Shown: positions 18,141 to 28,920 of the stretch, one piece after another
Numbering within the stretch: the first letter of the stretch is position 1
Layout of the letters: each line of letters starts with the position of its first letter
NCBI GenBank assembly: GCA_035623825.1
Contig: DASPSR010000048.1
Coordinates: forward strand, 18,369-82,368
DNA length: 64,000 bases
Direction of reading: 5' to 3'
Source: Nitrospirota bacterium
Lineage (GTDB): Bacteria > Nitrospirota > UBA9217
Translations under genes and position numbers: made by a program
The notes under the pieces: generated by a model
Told to the model about the DNA's origin: nothing
Seen by the model: only the letters and a program-made list of their open reading frames with translations
The model's database searches: none

Positions 18141-18947
18141 TTATCTTATCCTGAGATAATAATACAGCACCGGCGCCGCAAACATCATGCTGTCCATACG
18201 GTCGAGTATGCCTCCGTGTCCGGGGATGATGCCTCCTGAATCCTTGACGCCTGCTGCGCGCTTGAACAGGGATTCCGTAAGGTCTCCAAGCGTGCCGACC
18301 ACCGCAAGGAGAAGTCCCAGCATAATCGTTTCAACGGCCCCCGGACCCCCGGGAGGCATGAACCAGAGGCGGCACAGGAGCGCCATGCCTGCTGATGCCG
18401 CGAGCGCTCCGACAAGGCCCTCTATGCTCTTCTTTGGGCTGATCTTCTCGTACAGTCGGTGCCTGCCGAAAGGGATGCCGATGGCATACGCGCCGATATC
18501 GGATGCCCAGATGACAAAGTAGAGAAACAGGATCCAGCGCCGACCCTCGGCTCCCGTTATGATCCACACCTGGAACGCAAACAGCAAGGATACGTAGAAC
18601 ACCCCCAGAAAGGTCGACGCGATGTCCTCGATTGCGCCATCCGCCGATCTGCGCGAAAAAAGCCGGATCAGCATGATGAGGAGCATGCACCCGGTAACGA
18701 AGAGAACCTTTCCTTCGCCTGTGAGAACGGGGCGATAGAATTCGAGCACGATCAGCGCGCCCAGCACGCTCCCGAGAACGGCGTTGGGATTGATGCCGCG
18801 GGCCCGTGCCATTCTGTAGAACTCAAATTGGCCCACGGCGACGGCGATCACCACCAGCGCCGTGAAATACACCAAAGAAAGCCTCCAGGTCACCAGGTAG
18901 AATATGGGGAGGAACAGGAGACTTGAGATCACTCTCTTATAGAGCAT
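18141..18947 (-). CDS. cdsA: Phosphatidate cytidylyltransferase
   Basis: SDIGAY, ISPKKSIEG, GDLTESLFKRAAGVKDSG, PGHGGILDRMDS. Confidence 0.96.
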   Translation of the reverse strand: MLYKRVISSLLFLPIFYLVTWRLSLVYFTALVVIAVAVGQFEFYRMARARGINPNAVLGSVLGALIVLEFYRPVLTGEGKVLFVTGCMLLIMLIRLFSRRSADGAIEDIASTFLGVFYVSLLFAFQVWIITGAEGRRWILFLYFVIWASDIGAYAIGIPFGRHRLYEKISPKKSIEGLVGALAASAGMALLCRLWFMPPGGPGAVETIMLGLLLAVVGTLGDLTESLFKRAAGVKDSGGIIPGHGGILDRMDSMMFAAPVLYYYLRIR

Positions 18948-19013
18948 TATTGTTTCTCCGTATAGTCTTCGTCACCTACCGCGGAAATCACAAAAAGAAC
19001 TTCTCTTTTGTCA

Positions 19014-19790
19014 TTATTTCCGTACGAGCTGTTCTTGAGTGAGTCCGAACCTTCGCTGGCGCCCCTGGTAGTCAAGGATCGCAGTCAAGAGGTCCTTTTC
19101 ATCGAAGTCGGGCCACAGGGTATCGGTAAAATAGAGCTCGGCGTACGCCGCCTGCCACAAGAGGAAGTTGCTGATTCGTTTCTCGCCGCTCGTGCGAATG
19201 ATGAGATCCGGATCCGGTAAGCCGGCGGTGTCGAGATGAGAGGAAAAAACCTCTTCGGTAAGACCGTCCGCCGAGACGTTCTCGGAACGAATCCGCTTGA
19301 CCGCTTCAAGGATCTCCCCCCTGCCGCCGTAAGACAGGGCAAGGTTAAGTACCATGCCCGCGTTGCCGGCAGTCTCGGAAACGGCCTTCTCGATCCATTC
19401 CTGCGCCGATGCTGGAAGGCGCTCGGTCCTGCCGATCGCACGGAATCTAATGTCGTTCGCTTTCATAGTCGCTATTTCGGCCTTGAGAAAGGTCCCGAGC
19501 ATGTTCATGAGAAAACCGACCTCTTGCTTGGGCCTACGCCAGTTTTCGTCAGAGAATGCGTAGAGGGTCAGGACCGATATCCCCAGTCGCCTGCACTGTT
19601 CCGTCACCCGGCGAACGGTATCCACACCCTTCTTGTGCCCAGCGACCCTCGGCAATCCCCTGCGTAGCGCCCATCTGCCGTTGCCGTCCATGATGATTGC
19701 TACGTGCTTCGGCAGGCTGTTCATGTCGACTCTTGCGCTCAGTTCTTCAAGCGCCGGAACTTTACTCTTCATGCCCTTTTGATTCTCCAT
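19014..19790 (-). CDS. uppS: Undecaprenyl diphosphate synthase
   Basis: HVAIIMDGNGRWA, YAFSDENW, ALSYGGR, IRTSGEKRISNFLLWQ. Confidence 0.96.
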   Translation of the reverse strand: MENQKGMKSKVPALEELSARVDMNSLPKHVAIIMDGNGRWALRRGLPRVAGHKKGVDTVRRVTEQCRRLGISVLTLYAFSDENWRRPKQEVGFLMNMLGTFLKAEIATMKANDIRFRAIGRTERLPASAQEWIEKAVSETAGNAGMVLNLALSYGGRGEILEAVKRIRSENVSADGLTEEVFSSHLDTAGLPDPDLIIRTSGEKRISNFLLWQAAYAELYFTDTLWPDFDEKDLLTAILDYQGRQRRFGLTQEQLVRK

Positions 19791-19829
19791 TCCGCAGCGG
19801 CACGGCCTTAGGCCGCTACCGCACTGTTG

Positions 19830-21722
19830 TCACTTCATCGAAAAGGTCATCACCTGCTCGCGGTCTTTGGTGAAGAGCCCCCCTTTTGTCTTTACGAGGG
19901 CAACTATCTGCGCTTCAGTCGCCTTCTTGATCAGTTGAATATCGAGTACAGGGCCTGGCAGGTCCTTGACGCCCCACACCTGATCGAGCCTCGCGCCGGT
20001 CCACCTCAGTCCATAAAGATCAGCACTCGAATAATCGCCGAAATATGAGCCTAGCATGCCCGCGGTGTTCTTCGACACGAGGATCTCGTCCCTGCCGTCA
20101 CCGTTGATGTCTAGGGCTAGGATCCTGCCCCTCAGTTGCACTTTCTGACTCTTTTCTAATTCCACCGCGGACTTTGAGAGAACCGCTGATATCCCCGTTA
20201 CCGGTTTGTACACGAACGTTTTTATCACATCGAACTTCTCCTCGCTCCTCCACAGGGGGTTGCCCTTGGAATAGACAATGAGACGGTCCTCGTCATCAAA
20301 GGCCACAAGAAACGGGTCCTGTTCCCCGAATTCGGCAAACGTAAACCCATACAGCCCCAGTCCTTTGGGAAGCGGCAACTCCGGGCCGGCTACATACTGC
20401 CCGCCGGACCATATATACTGTTTAGGCGTTCCGGCAAAAAACGTCTTCGGATCGTAATCCTGGCCGATCAGGATCGTGCCACGGCCGGGATACGTTATCA
20501 CGCGAAGGAAGCCAGGAATAGTCGCAACGCGGCGGAAGGCGCCGTCCTGAAACTTTACGACGTGCGAGAAGACCTTTCCCTTGAACATGGCGGTCACAAA
20601 CAGTTCAGGCCTGCCATCGCCGTCTATGTCTCCAGCGTCGAGGTTGATATACTGGATATTGTCTGCTGGGTTCGATGTAAACGTTTGCTCATTCCATTCC
20701 ATGTCAACCTGTTGATATGCGGCGGGAGTATTCTCAGTCCAGACCTCGCGCCACCCCGTGGGCTCAAAGCGGTAGATATGGAGCCGAACAGCGTCGAGGA
20801 ACGCATATTCGAGCTTGCCGTCTCCTTCAAAATCGCCGGTCACAAAATACCTTGCAATGAATGGCAGTTCTGGCGTAGTGCTCTTTTCTTCCTTGACAGG
20901 AACGAAGAACGGTTTGATCTCGACGATCGCCTGCTTGCCTGCCTTGAGGTCGAGCATGGCGACGATTGTGTCGAGCTGGCTGGCATCTTCGGTATAGAAG
21001 ATCCTGGCAGTCACCATAAGCTTGCCTTCGGAGGAAGGGTAGATCCCAAGCGATATCACGGCATCGAGGCCGAACACGGTTCCCATTTCTTTGACCAATG
21101 CGCTGTCGCGCTGCTTTCTGTCCTTGATGAATGCTGCTACCTTCCCGGTCTCGAGAACCGAGAACCTGCCCAATTCGTTGAGCCGCTCCGCGAGCCCCTG
21201 GATGACCTCGGGATGATCGGCTCTGAGCGGCAGGAGCGCGATATTGATCCTCCTCGGCGTGATCCTCGCCTTGTCTCCCGGTTGCGGATCCTTGAGCCTT
21301 TTCTTGATCGATGCGGTCGAGGAGTCGTCACCGACGCTGGTCACCTCAATAGTACCAACCTCCTCTTCCACACGGCCGATAACCGCGCCGGTCACGGGGT
21401 GCAGAATCTCTTTGCCGTCCCTCCAGAGCGTCAGCACCATTCCGGGCATGAGCCCGTCCTTTTTGCCAAGGGAGAGCGTAAGACGGTCATCCTGCACGGC
21501 CTTGACTTCGCCTTGGACCTTGGGAAAGTACGACGAGATCTCAACCGCGAGCTCTTCCACGGAAGTGAGTTCCTCAACACCGAGTGGCTTCCCAGCAGCA
21601 ATCGCGGTCGCACCGAGCGACAGCATGGACAAGAGAAGAATGAATAATCTTATCAAGCTGATGCCAACCTCTTTCCTCTCACTGCCATTTTGAAATTTCC
21701 AGATTGCAACCATAGATTCCAA
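19830..21722 (-). CDS. Exported protein with a FlgT-like N-terminal region and FG-GAP/VCBS-type repeats
   Basis: Signal peptide; LSLGKKDGL...EILHPVTGAVIG motif; GDFEGDGKLE, GDIDGDGRPEL and DINGDGRDEI Ca-binding repeats. Confidence 0.7.
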   Translation of the reverse strand: MESMVAIWKFQNGSERKEVGISLIRLFILLLSMLSLGATAIAAGKPLGVEELTSVEELAVEISSYFPKVQGEVKAVQDDRLTLSLGKKDGLMPGMVLTLWRDGKEILHPVTGAVIGRVEEEVGTIEVTSVGDDSSTASIKKRLKDPQPGDKARITPRRINIALLPLRADHPEVIQGLAERLNELGRFSVLETGKVAAFIKDRKQRDSALVKEMGTVFGLDAVISLGIYPSSEGKLMVTARIFYTEDASQLDTIVAMLDLKAGKQAIVEIKPFFVPVKEEKSTTPELPFIARYFVTGDFEGDGKLEYAFLDAVRLHIYRFEPTGWREVWTENTPAAYQQVDMEWNEQTFTSNPADNIQYINLDAGDIDGDGRPELFVTAMFKGKVFSHVVKFQDGAFRRVATIPGFLRVITYPGRGTILIGQDYDPKTFFAGTPKQYIWSGGQYVAGPELPLPKGLGLYGFTFAEFGEQDPFLVAFDDEDRLIVYSKGNPLWRSEEKFDVIKTFVYKPVTGISAVLSKSAVELEKSQKVQLRGRILALDINGDGRDEILVSKNTAGMLGSYFGDYSSADLYGLRWTGARLDQVWGVKDLPGPVLDIQLIKKATEAQIVALVKTKGGLFTKDREQVMTFSMK

Positions 21723-21726
21723 TGAA

Positions 21727-23916
21727 CTATTCGATTCTTACCGTTATTGCCGTTTCCCAGGATGCGCCCGGCCCTAGCGATAACCGCCAGATGGGCATTA
21801 CCAGAGAGCTTTGATACACCCGTTCGAACCCGGATTCAGACTGCGAGACCGTTTCGACGGGTGCACGCCAGAGCACCGCCGGCTGGCTGAAGACGAGAGT
21901 GAGTCTCAGCCTCAGCCAGTCATCGACAAGATCAACCCGGTTCACGTTGTTCGTCTCTCCGCTCGATGCAAGGTTCCGCTTGTCCAGGGTATGACCCGGG
22001 ATGTCATAGTACCGGTCGTCGGAGTTCCCTGCGAGGAGGGAAAAATTGAATTCGGTCCCGAAGGACGTGTTCAACTCATCGTTGCTCAGGTTTGTGATCG
22101 AGTACTTGACGACAAATTCCGAGGCACCGGTACGGAGGGACAAGTCCTTCCTGAGCCGCACGCTGAGACCAGCCACATTCCCTTCCCGCTCCATTAGAAG
22201 TGTCGCACTTCCGTTCGATTTCTTTGTCTTAATTCTGTAAGCGCCGAGCACGAAATCACCAGCCTCGTAGTACTCGGATTTCATGAAGCTCGGCAGGTCT
22301 ACACCCGAACCCAGAAAGTGGTCCAGCAGGGAGCCACGGGTGTACCAATCATAGAGAAGATGATACTGCAGGCCCTCCTCTTTCACGGACACTCGTTCGT
22401 GAATGGTCTTCGCACCGCCGTGTTGAGAACCGACTGACCTGTCCTTTACCATCTGGAGAATTTTTTCGTGGTAGCCTTCTTTCCGGCGCGTTAGCGTGTT
22501 TGTAAGGTTAAAGGAGCCCGGTTTCCAATCCAGTTCTGTCAGCCTTCCACCTTCGGCAGGATCGACGAACAGGTTCAGCAACTCGGAGTTTATCATAACC
22601 TCATCGTTTCCATCCCTGTCGAAATCCCCTCTTTCGACCTCGAGCCATGAGACCGGGATATTTTTCCCGTGTTTTCCCTCCCCGTTGCCACTTGCGCCTT
22701 GCGACATCTTGTCCGCCAGATATTCTGCCCGGATCAGCTGCTCATAGACCGCGGAGCGCAGGTGCGGCAAATACAGCCCACCAAAGACCCCATGCCAGTA
22801 CGAGTCGTTGCACTGCGACTGATAGAGGTGGTCGATCATGCGCCCTGTCTCGGCATTCATCCGGGGGCCCCGCGTATCAAGTCCGTTGAGGACATCATGC
22901 ACTTTGCCACTCACCATCATCATGCGCTTGTGCATGTGGTTGCTCTCGGAGTACTTGGCAAAAAAGTTTCTCCAGAACCCCCCCTTGACGAATGGCCGCA
23001 AGCTAGCGAACTCCGGCGAATTCTTCACCGTGGCCAGAGCATCATCATACTCCTTCATAGCGCGAGTCGGGAGTGACCATTCGCCCATTTCCATATAGGA
23101 GGCTGTGGGAAGATAAATCCTGCCGCGTGCCGGTTCTTTCGCAATATACTCCGAGAATGTGGTGGGTTCAAGCCACTCTGTGTTCTGTTCGATCAGGGTA
23201 AAGAATCGCTCGAGCCAGCCTTCTTCATACACGGTGTGGTATGTCTCGGGCCAGACGCCGAACTTCTCCCCGTCGTCCGCCATGACCGCAAGCCGATTCC
23301 GCTCAGTCGAGCGGAGGCCGGACAGGAAGGCTATCGTTTCCTCGGGCGGATGGAACGGGATCAGATACCGGAGCTTCTCGCTTCCCGGAAAGATCCGCAC
23401 GACACCGTCCTGCTCTTCGGTGAGGTAGTATCCGTCCAGGTCGTCATCGCGAAGACCAGCCATTTTGAAATGGAAATCATCAACCACCACATGGCCAATG
23501 CCCGCCGCGGCAATGGACTTCGGCAGATGCGGTTCCCAAACCCGCTCGGCGAGCCACATGCCCTTTGCTTCATGGCCCAGCGTATGGCGGATATAGTCTG
23601 ATAGCGCGCGGACCTGGCCGATCTTGTCGTCGTCGGGCAGGACCGCAAGGATCGGCTCGTAGAACCCGCCCGAGAGGACCTCGACCCTGCCCTCGGCCGC
23701 GAGCTTCTTTAGCATGTCGATGAACTCAGGATGGTGTTTCTCAAAATAATGATAGAGGATGCCGGTGTAGTGCAGTGTTATCTTGATTGACCGGTGCTGC
23801 TCCAAGGCCTTGAGAAACGGCAAGTAAGCCTTCTGATACGCCTCTTCCGCAACAAAATCAAAATTCCCTACGGGCTGATGGTTATGGATCGCGAAGATAA
23901 ACTGTACTTTGGGCAT
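21727..23916 (-). CDS. GH57 alpha-amylase/4-alpha-glucanotransferase
   Basis: HNHQPVGN, GGFYEPIL, WLAERVW, DDGEKFGVWP, SYMEMGEW, QCNDSYWHGVFGG, SQSESGFERVYQ. Confidence 0.93.
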   Translation of the reverse strand: MPKVQFIFAIHNHQPVGNFDFVAEEAYQKAYLPFLKALEQHRSIKITLHYTGILYHYFEKHHPEFIDMLKKLAAEGRVEVLSGGFYEPILAVLPDDDKIGQVRALSDYIRHTLGHEAKGMWLAERVWEPHLPKSIAAAGIGHVVVDDFHFKMAGLRDDDLDGYYLTEEQDGVVRIFPGSEKLRYLIPFHPPEETIAFLSGLRSTERNRLAVMADDGEKFGVWPETYHTVYEEGWLERFFTLIEQNTEWLEPTTFSEYIAKEPARGRIYLPTASYMEMGEWSLPTRAMKEYDDALATVKNSPEFASLRPFVKGGFWRNFFAKYSESNHMHKRMMMVSGKVHDVLNGLDTRGPRMNAETGRMIDHLYQSQCNDSYWHGVFGGLYLPHLRSAVYEQLIRAEYLADKMSQGASGNGEGKHGKNIPVSWLEVERGDFDRDGNDEVMINSELLNLFVDPAEGGRLTELDWKPGSFNLTNTLTRRKEGYHEKILQMVKDRSVGSQHGGAKTIHERVSVKEEGLQYHLLYDWYTRGSLLDHFLGSGVDLPSFMKSEYYEAGDFVLGAYRIKTKKSNGSATLLMEREGNVAGLSVRLRKDLSLRTGASEFVVKYSITNLSNDELNTSFGTEFNFSLLAGNSDDRYYDIPGHTLDKRNLASSGETNNVNRVDLVDDWLRLRLTLVFSQPAVLWRAPVETVSQSESGFERVYQSSLVMPIWRLSLGPGASWETAITVRIE

Positions 23917-23971
23917 CTGTCTGTTTTGAATCCCGTGATTCCGGATCTTCTTGATGATAATACAGACTGAA

Positions 23972-24000
23972 ATATTAGCCTCATAGGGACGAAAAGTCAA
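23972..24000 (-). promoter_or_regulatory. Putative sigma70 promoter of the GH57 gene
   Basis: TTGACT-17-TAATAT on the minus strand. Confidence 0.5.
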
Positions 24001-24459
24001 TCAAAAACAGGGGCGTAGGGTATTCGATGCCACAAGGGATCCCTATATTCCGTGCAGGAACAGGATGTTAACCATGCGGCAGTAATTGTTTCCTTCTGCG
24101 GTACATGCTCAGTACAGCGCAATACGACCTGACCGGCCCCCACAACCGGATGTCTCCGGCGGGGGGCCCCGATCAGCTGCAGCATTTGTGAGATCTTCAT
24201 AGGAGAGGCGCATATCGATCTTCGCGGCATGGAATGCCGGGCATCCACAGGGGCGAATGAAGAAGCCCGCACCCATGCCTTTATCGTTCGTGGGGTCGCG
24301 AATCAATGCAAGGCTGCTACGAGAAAAAGAATGCGAGCGCTCCGCAGCGCCTGCCACTCGTGGCACGTACCGGAAGCGGGGGGGCGGACGTGAAATTATC
24401 GTTAAAACCGGGCACTGGCTAAAGGCTCCATGCCCCACGCCCTCTGTTCTGCACGCACA

Positions 24460-25191
24460 TTATTCTTTTCTTTCGACCAGTTTTCCAGCGAGGTAGAAAA
24501 ACATGACCGTGTACACAGAAAGAACAAGCACTGACACCGTGGGCGGATTGCCGCCCATGGCGAGCGTGCGGAGCAACAGGCTTGCGTGCGTGAGCGGATA
24601 GACTAAGATCATGCTCATGAATGGTTCGGGAAGTTTATCAGGCGAAAAGAATGTGCCTGCCAGAAACGACATGGGGACGATGAAGAAGCTGTTAAAGTTC
24701 GCCATATCCTCGTGCGAATGTGCAATCATGGCCGCCGCGACGCCCATGGCACCGAAACAGAACGCGGTGAGTGCAAGTACAACGAAAAACCCCGCGGAGA
24801 GATGCATATGTACGCCCGAGACGAGACCGACGAGCATCAGCATGAGTGCCGAGAAAACCCCGCGGATCAGACCGATGAACGCCCTGCCCAGGGCAATATC
24901 CCAGTGACTGACGGGTGAAACCAGCACCTCTTCTATCGTCTTCGTATACAATTTGCTGATGTTGAGTGACGTTGAAACCGGACCGAAACTGTTGTTCATT
25001 GCAGAAAGAGCAAGGATGCCGGGGAGAACGAACTCGAGGTAGGTTCCGCCTCCCACGTTCATCCCTCTGCCGAGCCCCCAGCCGAAGGTTACCAGATAGA
25101 GGACCGGCATAACCATGCTCGAGGCCAGGAATCGCCACGGTTTCTTGCTGATGAGCATCATCTCTTTCCAGATTATGGGGTAGAAGTTCAT
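24460..25191 (-). CDS. ABC-2 type transporter permease
   Basis: Six TM helices, YLEFVLPGI, EEVLVSPV, PMSFLAGTFF, PLTH. Confidence 0.9.
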   Translation of the reverse strand: MNFYPIIWKEMMLISKKPWRFLASSMVMPVLYLVTFGWGLGRGMNVGGGTYLEFVLPGILALSAMNNSFGPVSTSLNISKLYTKTIEEVLVSPVSHWDIALGRAFIGLIRGVFSALMLMLVGLVSGVHMHLSAGFFVVLALTAFCFGAMGVAAAMIAHSHEDMANFNSFFIVPMSFLAGTFFSPDKLPEPFMSMILVYPLTHASLLLRTLAMGGNPPTVSVLVLSVYTVMFFYLAGKLVERKE

Positions 25192-25365
25192 ACAATCGTT
25201 CACTGATCCACGGAGAGATACGAACGCTCTGATAGTCATTCCCAGAAGTTCCGATGACCGGTCATGGCGAGGTTGCCCGTTTGACCACTGCTCCGCTGCT
25301 CGTGCCCTAAATCGTTGCCGTGGAATTACGGCACGGACTTCGTTATCGTCGAGCGGTTTCGCTTT

Positions 25366-26205
25366 TCACGCCTCAATCCGCTCGCCGGTAAGGCTGATGA
25401 ACACGTCTTCAAGCGTAACATCCCGTACGATGATGTCCGAGCACATGCTACGGCCAGCATCAATCGCTTCCTCACGGGTCTGGAAGAACTTGCGCGGAAA
25501 ATCATGCCTCCCGATACACTCGAGCGAGAATGCGCCAACTCCTGCTTTGAGCACAGCGGGTCTGTTGAGCGCTATGATCTTGCCGGCGCGCATGATGGCG
25601 ACACGGTCGCAGAGCGCGTCTGCTTCTTCGATATAGTGTGTGGTCATCAGAATAGTGACCCCGCCGCGCTTGAGCGATTCGATGAGTCCCCAGATCATCC
25701 GGCGCGCCTGTGGATCAAGGCCCACGGTGGGTTCGTCCATGAAGATGACCGCAGGACGGTGCATGAGCCCGCGCGCGATGAGCAGCCTCCTGCGCATCCC
25801 GCCGGACAGGTGATCAACGGGCATATCCTTCTTGTCCCAAAGGCCCACGAAGCGCAAAAGCTCCTCAATCCGGGCCTGCCGATCGGCAGGCAGCATTCTG
25901 TGGAGCCTGCCATGGTACTCGAGGTTCTCCGCGCACGTGAGATCGATGTCGAGGTTCAGCATCTGCGGCACCACACCGATGGAACGTTTGACTCCGAGCG
26001 GGTCAGCGGTCACATCGAATCCTGCGACCGAAGCCGCGCCCGATGTCGGTGACAGCAGTGTGGTCAGCATGCGGATCGTCGTGGTCTTTCCCGCTCCGTT
26101 CGGGCCGAGAAGCCCGAAGACCTCACCCCTGAAAACGGTGAAACTGATGGACTGCACTGCGCCGAGCGTCCCGAAATATTTCGTGAGGTTATTCGTCTCG
26201 ATCAT
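25366..26205 (-). CDS. ABC exporter ATP-binding subunit (DrrA/NodI-like)
   Basis: GPNGAGKTT, LSGGMRRR, MDEPTVGLD, TTHY. Confidence 0.93.
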   Translation of the reverse strand: MIETNNLTKYFGTLGAVQSISFTVFRGEVFGLLGPNGAGKTTTIRMLTTLLSPTSGAASVAGFDVTADPLGVKRSIGVVPQMLNLDIDLTCAENLEYHGRLHRMLPADRQARIEELLRFVGLWDKKDMPVDHLSGGMRRRLLIARGLMHRPAVIFMDEPTVGLDPQARRMIWGLIESLKRGGVTILMTTHYIEEADALCDRVAIMRAGKIIALNRPAVLKAGVGAFSLECIGRHDFPRKFFQTREEAIDAGRSMCSDIIVRDVTLEDVFISLTGERIEA

Positions 26206-26306
26206 GGGTGAGTGGTCTGTCCCCGGATTAACACTGACGTGCATGATTGGTGAGCCTGCTCATAGTTCAGTTCTGAGGAGCAGCGATCAAAGGGTTTGCC
26301 TCAGTC

Positions 26307-27686
26307 CTAGAGTTCGATCGCAAGCGCCTTGATCTTCCGGTGCAGATTGCTGCGTTCCACGCCGATGGCATCGGCTGTCCTGCTGACATTACCATCGTTC
26401 TCTCTCAGCTTCCGCGATATGAATTCCCGTTCAAAGGCAGCTCGGGCATCCCGGAGCATGGCGTGGTTCCGCCCCGCTCGACCTTCGCCGAATAGGGCTG
26501 GCGCCGGTTTTTCCTGCAGCCACGAACTTATCGGCGGAGGCACATCCTGGACCCTAATCGCCGGGCCAGGTGCCATAATGACCAGTCGCTCGATTATGTT
26601 CCGCAGCTCACGCACGTTACCCGGCCACCGATACCGGACAAAGAGGTCAAGGGCGTCATCATCGATGGTCTTTGTCTTCTGGCCGTATTCAGTCGAGAAC
26701 TCATGCAGAAAGTGGCGCACAAGCCGCGGAATGTCGTCGGTCCGCTCGCGCAGCGGCGGCACCGTGAGGGGGATCACGTTCAGGCGATAGTAGAGGTCCT
26801 CGCGAAAAGCTCCTTTTCTGATCTCGTCGGGAAGGTCCTTGTTCGATGCGGCAATGACCCGCACGTCGGCCTTGAGCGTTTTCAATCCGCCCACGCGCTG
26901 GAACTCCTGTCCCTCAAGCACGCGGAGCACTTTGGCCTGCGTCGCCAAACTCATGTCTGCGACCTCATCGAGAAATATCGTCCCGGCCTGGGCAAGCTCG
27001 AACTTGCCGCGTTTCATGCCCGTTGCTCCGGTGAAGGAGCCCTTTTCATGGCCGAAGAGCTCGCTTTCGATGAGTTCCTGCGGTATCGCGGCGCAGTTCA
27101 CCTCTACGAAGGGGCCGGATGACCTCCTGCTCCCGCGGTGAATTGCGCGTGCAACAAGCTCCTTGCCACTGCCACTCTCGCCATGGACGAGTACCCATCC
27201 GTTTGTGGGCCCCGCGATCGCGATTTGCTCTTTGAGCGTTTTAATCTTCTCACTCTCACCCAGAAGCTCGTGGCGGCGGTCAATGCTCAGCCTGAGCGAC
27301 TTGTTCTCCTCGCGCAAGCGGAACTCTTCAAGCCCGTGCTTGACAATCAGGGCCAGGTGCTGCAGCTCCGGCGGCTTCACGATGAAATCGTAAGCGCCCA
27401 TCTTCGTGGTCTTGACCGCCGTCTCTATCGTTCCATGGCCGGTGACCATAATGACCGGCATGTCCGGCCTGATCTCCTTGAAGAGGCGTAGCGTCTCTAT
27501 GCCGTCCATCGCGGGCATGGCGATGTCGAGCAGCGCCAGCGACGGCTGCACCTCGTGGAGGAGATCGACGCCCTCCCTGCCTGATACCGCTGACACGACA
27601 TCATAGCCTTCGTCTTTCATCGCCCCTGCAAGGCTGTTCCGAACGCTCTCTTCGTCGTCAACGATGAGTATGATTTCATTAGTCAT
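26307..27686 (-). CDS. Sigma54-dependent response regulator (NtrC/NtrX family)
   Basis: REC domain (VDDE, LLDIAMP), AAA+ GESGSGKE, GSFTGA, LDEVADM, C-terminal Fis HTH. Confidence 0.94.
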   Translation of the reverse strand: MTNEIILIVDDEESVRNSLAGAMKDEGYDVVSAVSGREGVDLLHEVQPSLALLDIAMPAMDGIETLRLFKEIRPDMPVIMVTGHGTIETAVKTTKMGAYDFIVKPPELQHLALIVKHGLEEFRLREENKSLRLSIDRRHELLGESEKIKTLKEQIAIAGPTNGWVLVHGESGSGKELVARAIHRGSRRSSGPFVEVNCAAIPQELIESELFGHEKGSFTGATGMKRGKFELAQAGTIFLDEVADMSLATQAKVLRVLEGQEFQRVGGLKTLKADVRVIAASNKDLPDEIRKGAFREDLYYRLNVIPLTVPPLRERTDDIPRLVRHFLHEFSTEYGQKTKTIDDDALDLFVRYRWPGNVRELRNIIERLVIMAPGPAIRVQDVPPPISSWLQEKPAPALFGEGRAGRNHAMLRDARAAFEREFISRKLRENDGNVSRTADAIGVERSNLHRKIKALAIEL

Positions 27687-27801
27687 AGGACTCGTGAAGT
27701 TCAAATTTCAGGTCAACGTTTCAAAATGGATCAATGGTTTGTTCTTCCGACACAGACCGACTTGAACTTGATATTGCTTACGGACTGTAACCTTTGGGGT
27801 T

Positions 27802-28920
27802 CTATTTCAGTCCTTCCTTCAATTTCTGCACCACGGCGTCGATCTCTGCCTCTGTCGTCCTTCTACCAAAGCTGAAGCGTATTGCGCCTCGAGCGAGCAC
27901 AGGGTCCACGCCCATGGCGGCAAGGACATGCGACGGCTCGACCAGTTCACCATGACACGCAGCTCCGGGAGACACTGCCACGCCAGGAAGGGCCTCCATG
28001 ACCGTAACGGCGTCGAATCCTTCGAAGCTTATGTTCCATGTGTTCGGTAGTTTCTTCTCGGGATGGCCGTTGAGATGAACGCTGAGCCCTGACCGCCTGA
28101 GCCCCTCATATAACCTGCGGCCGAGCCGCATTTGGCGAGGCCCTTCGGTCTCAAGAATCGGCGCTGCGACCTCACACGCCACGCCCAGTCCGACAATATA
28201 CGCCGCGTTCTCCGTGCCCGGTCGCAAGCCCCGCTCATGGCCAGCACCGTGCATCAAGGGCTCGATCTTTCGACCGCCCTTGATAAACAGCGCTCCGATG
28301 CCTTTCGGTGCATAGAACTTGTGCCCGGCTATGGTCAGGAAATCAACGTCAAGCTCATGCATCTGCACGCGCACCTTGCCGACAGTCTGGGCAGCATCGG
28401 TGTGAAACAGCGCCCCGCGGGATGACGCTATGCGCGCGAGCTCTGCAATCGGCTGGATGGTGCCGACCTCGTTGTTCGAGTGCATAATCGTAACGAGCAC
28501 GGTCTTCGGCGTCATGGCTGTGGCGAGATCGTCGGGATCGACCATCCCGTTCTGGTCCACCGGCAGATACGTGACAGCATATCCCTGTCTCTCAAGATAG
28601 CGGCATGGTTCAAGCACCGCGGGGTGTTCGATCCGGGAAGTTATGATATGGCTTCCCTTGGGTGATGCGGCAGCAACGCCCTTGATCACCATGTTGTTTG
28701 ATTCCGTTGCCCCGCTCGTGAAAACGACTTCCGAGGCCTCACATCCGAGCAGGCCCGCGACCCGCAACCGCGACTGCTCAATGCCTGTCCTGCAGGCGAT
28801 ACCGAAGCTATGGCTGCTCGATGGGTTGCCGTATTTATCTTTAAGGTAAGGCAGCATCTCATCGAGCACCCGGGGATCAACCGGGGTACTTGCGTTGTAA
28901 TCGAGATATATATGCTCCAT
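27802..28920 (-). CDS. Group I cysteine desulfurase (NifS/IscS-like, class V PLP enzyme)
   Basis: YLDYNASTP, YGNPSS, FTSGATESNN, HTDAAQ, GHKFYAPKG, catalytic loop SPGAACHG. Confidence 0.9.
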   Translation of the reverse strand: MEHIYLDYNASTPVDPRVLDEMLPYLKDKYGNPSSSHSFGIACRTGIEQSRLRVAGLLGCEASEVVFTSGATESNNMVIKGVAAASPKGSHIITSRIEHPAVLEPCRYLERQGYAVTYLPVDQNGMVDPDDLATAMTPKTVLVTIMHSNNEVGTIQPIAELARIASSRGALFHTDAAQTVGKVRVQMHELDVDFLTIAGHKFYAPKGIGALFIKGGRKIEPLMHGAGHERGLRPGTENAAYIVGLGVACEVAAPILETEGPRQMRLGRRLYEGLRRSGLSVHLNGHPEKKLPNTWNISFEGFDAVTVMEALPGVAVSPGAACHGELVEPSHVLAAMGVDPVLARGAIRFSFGRRTTEAEIDAVVQKLKEGLK

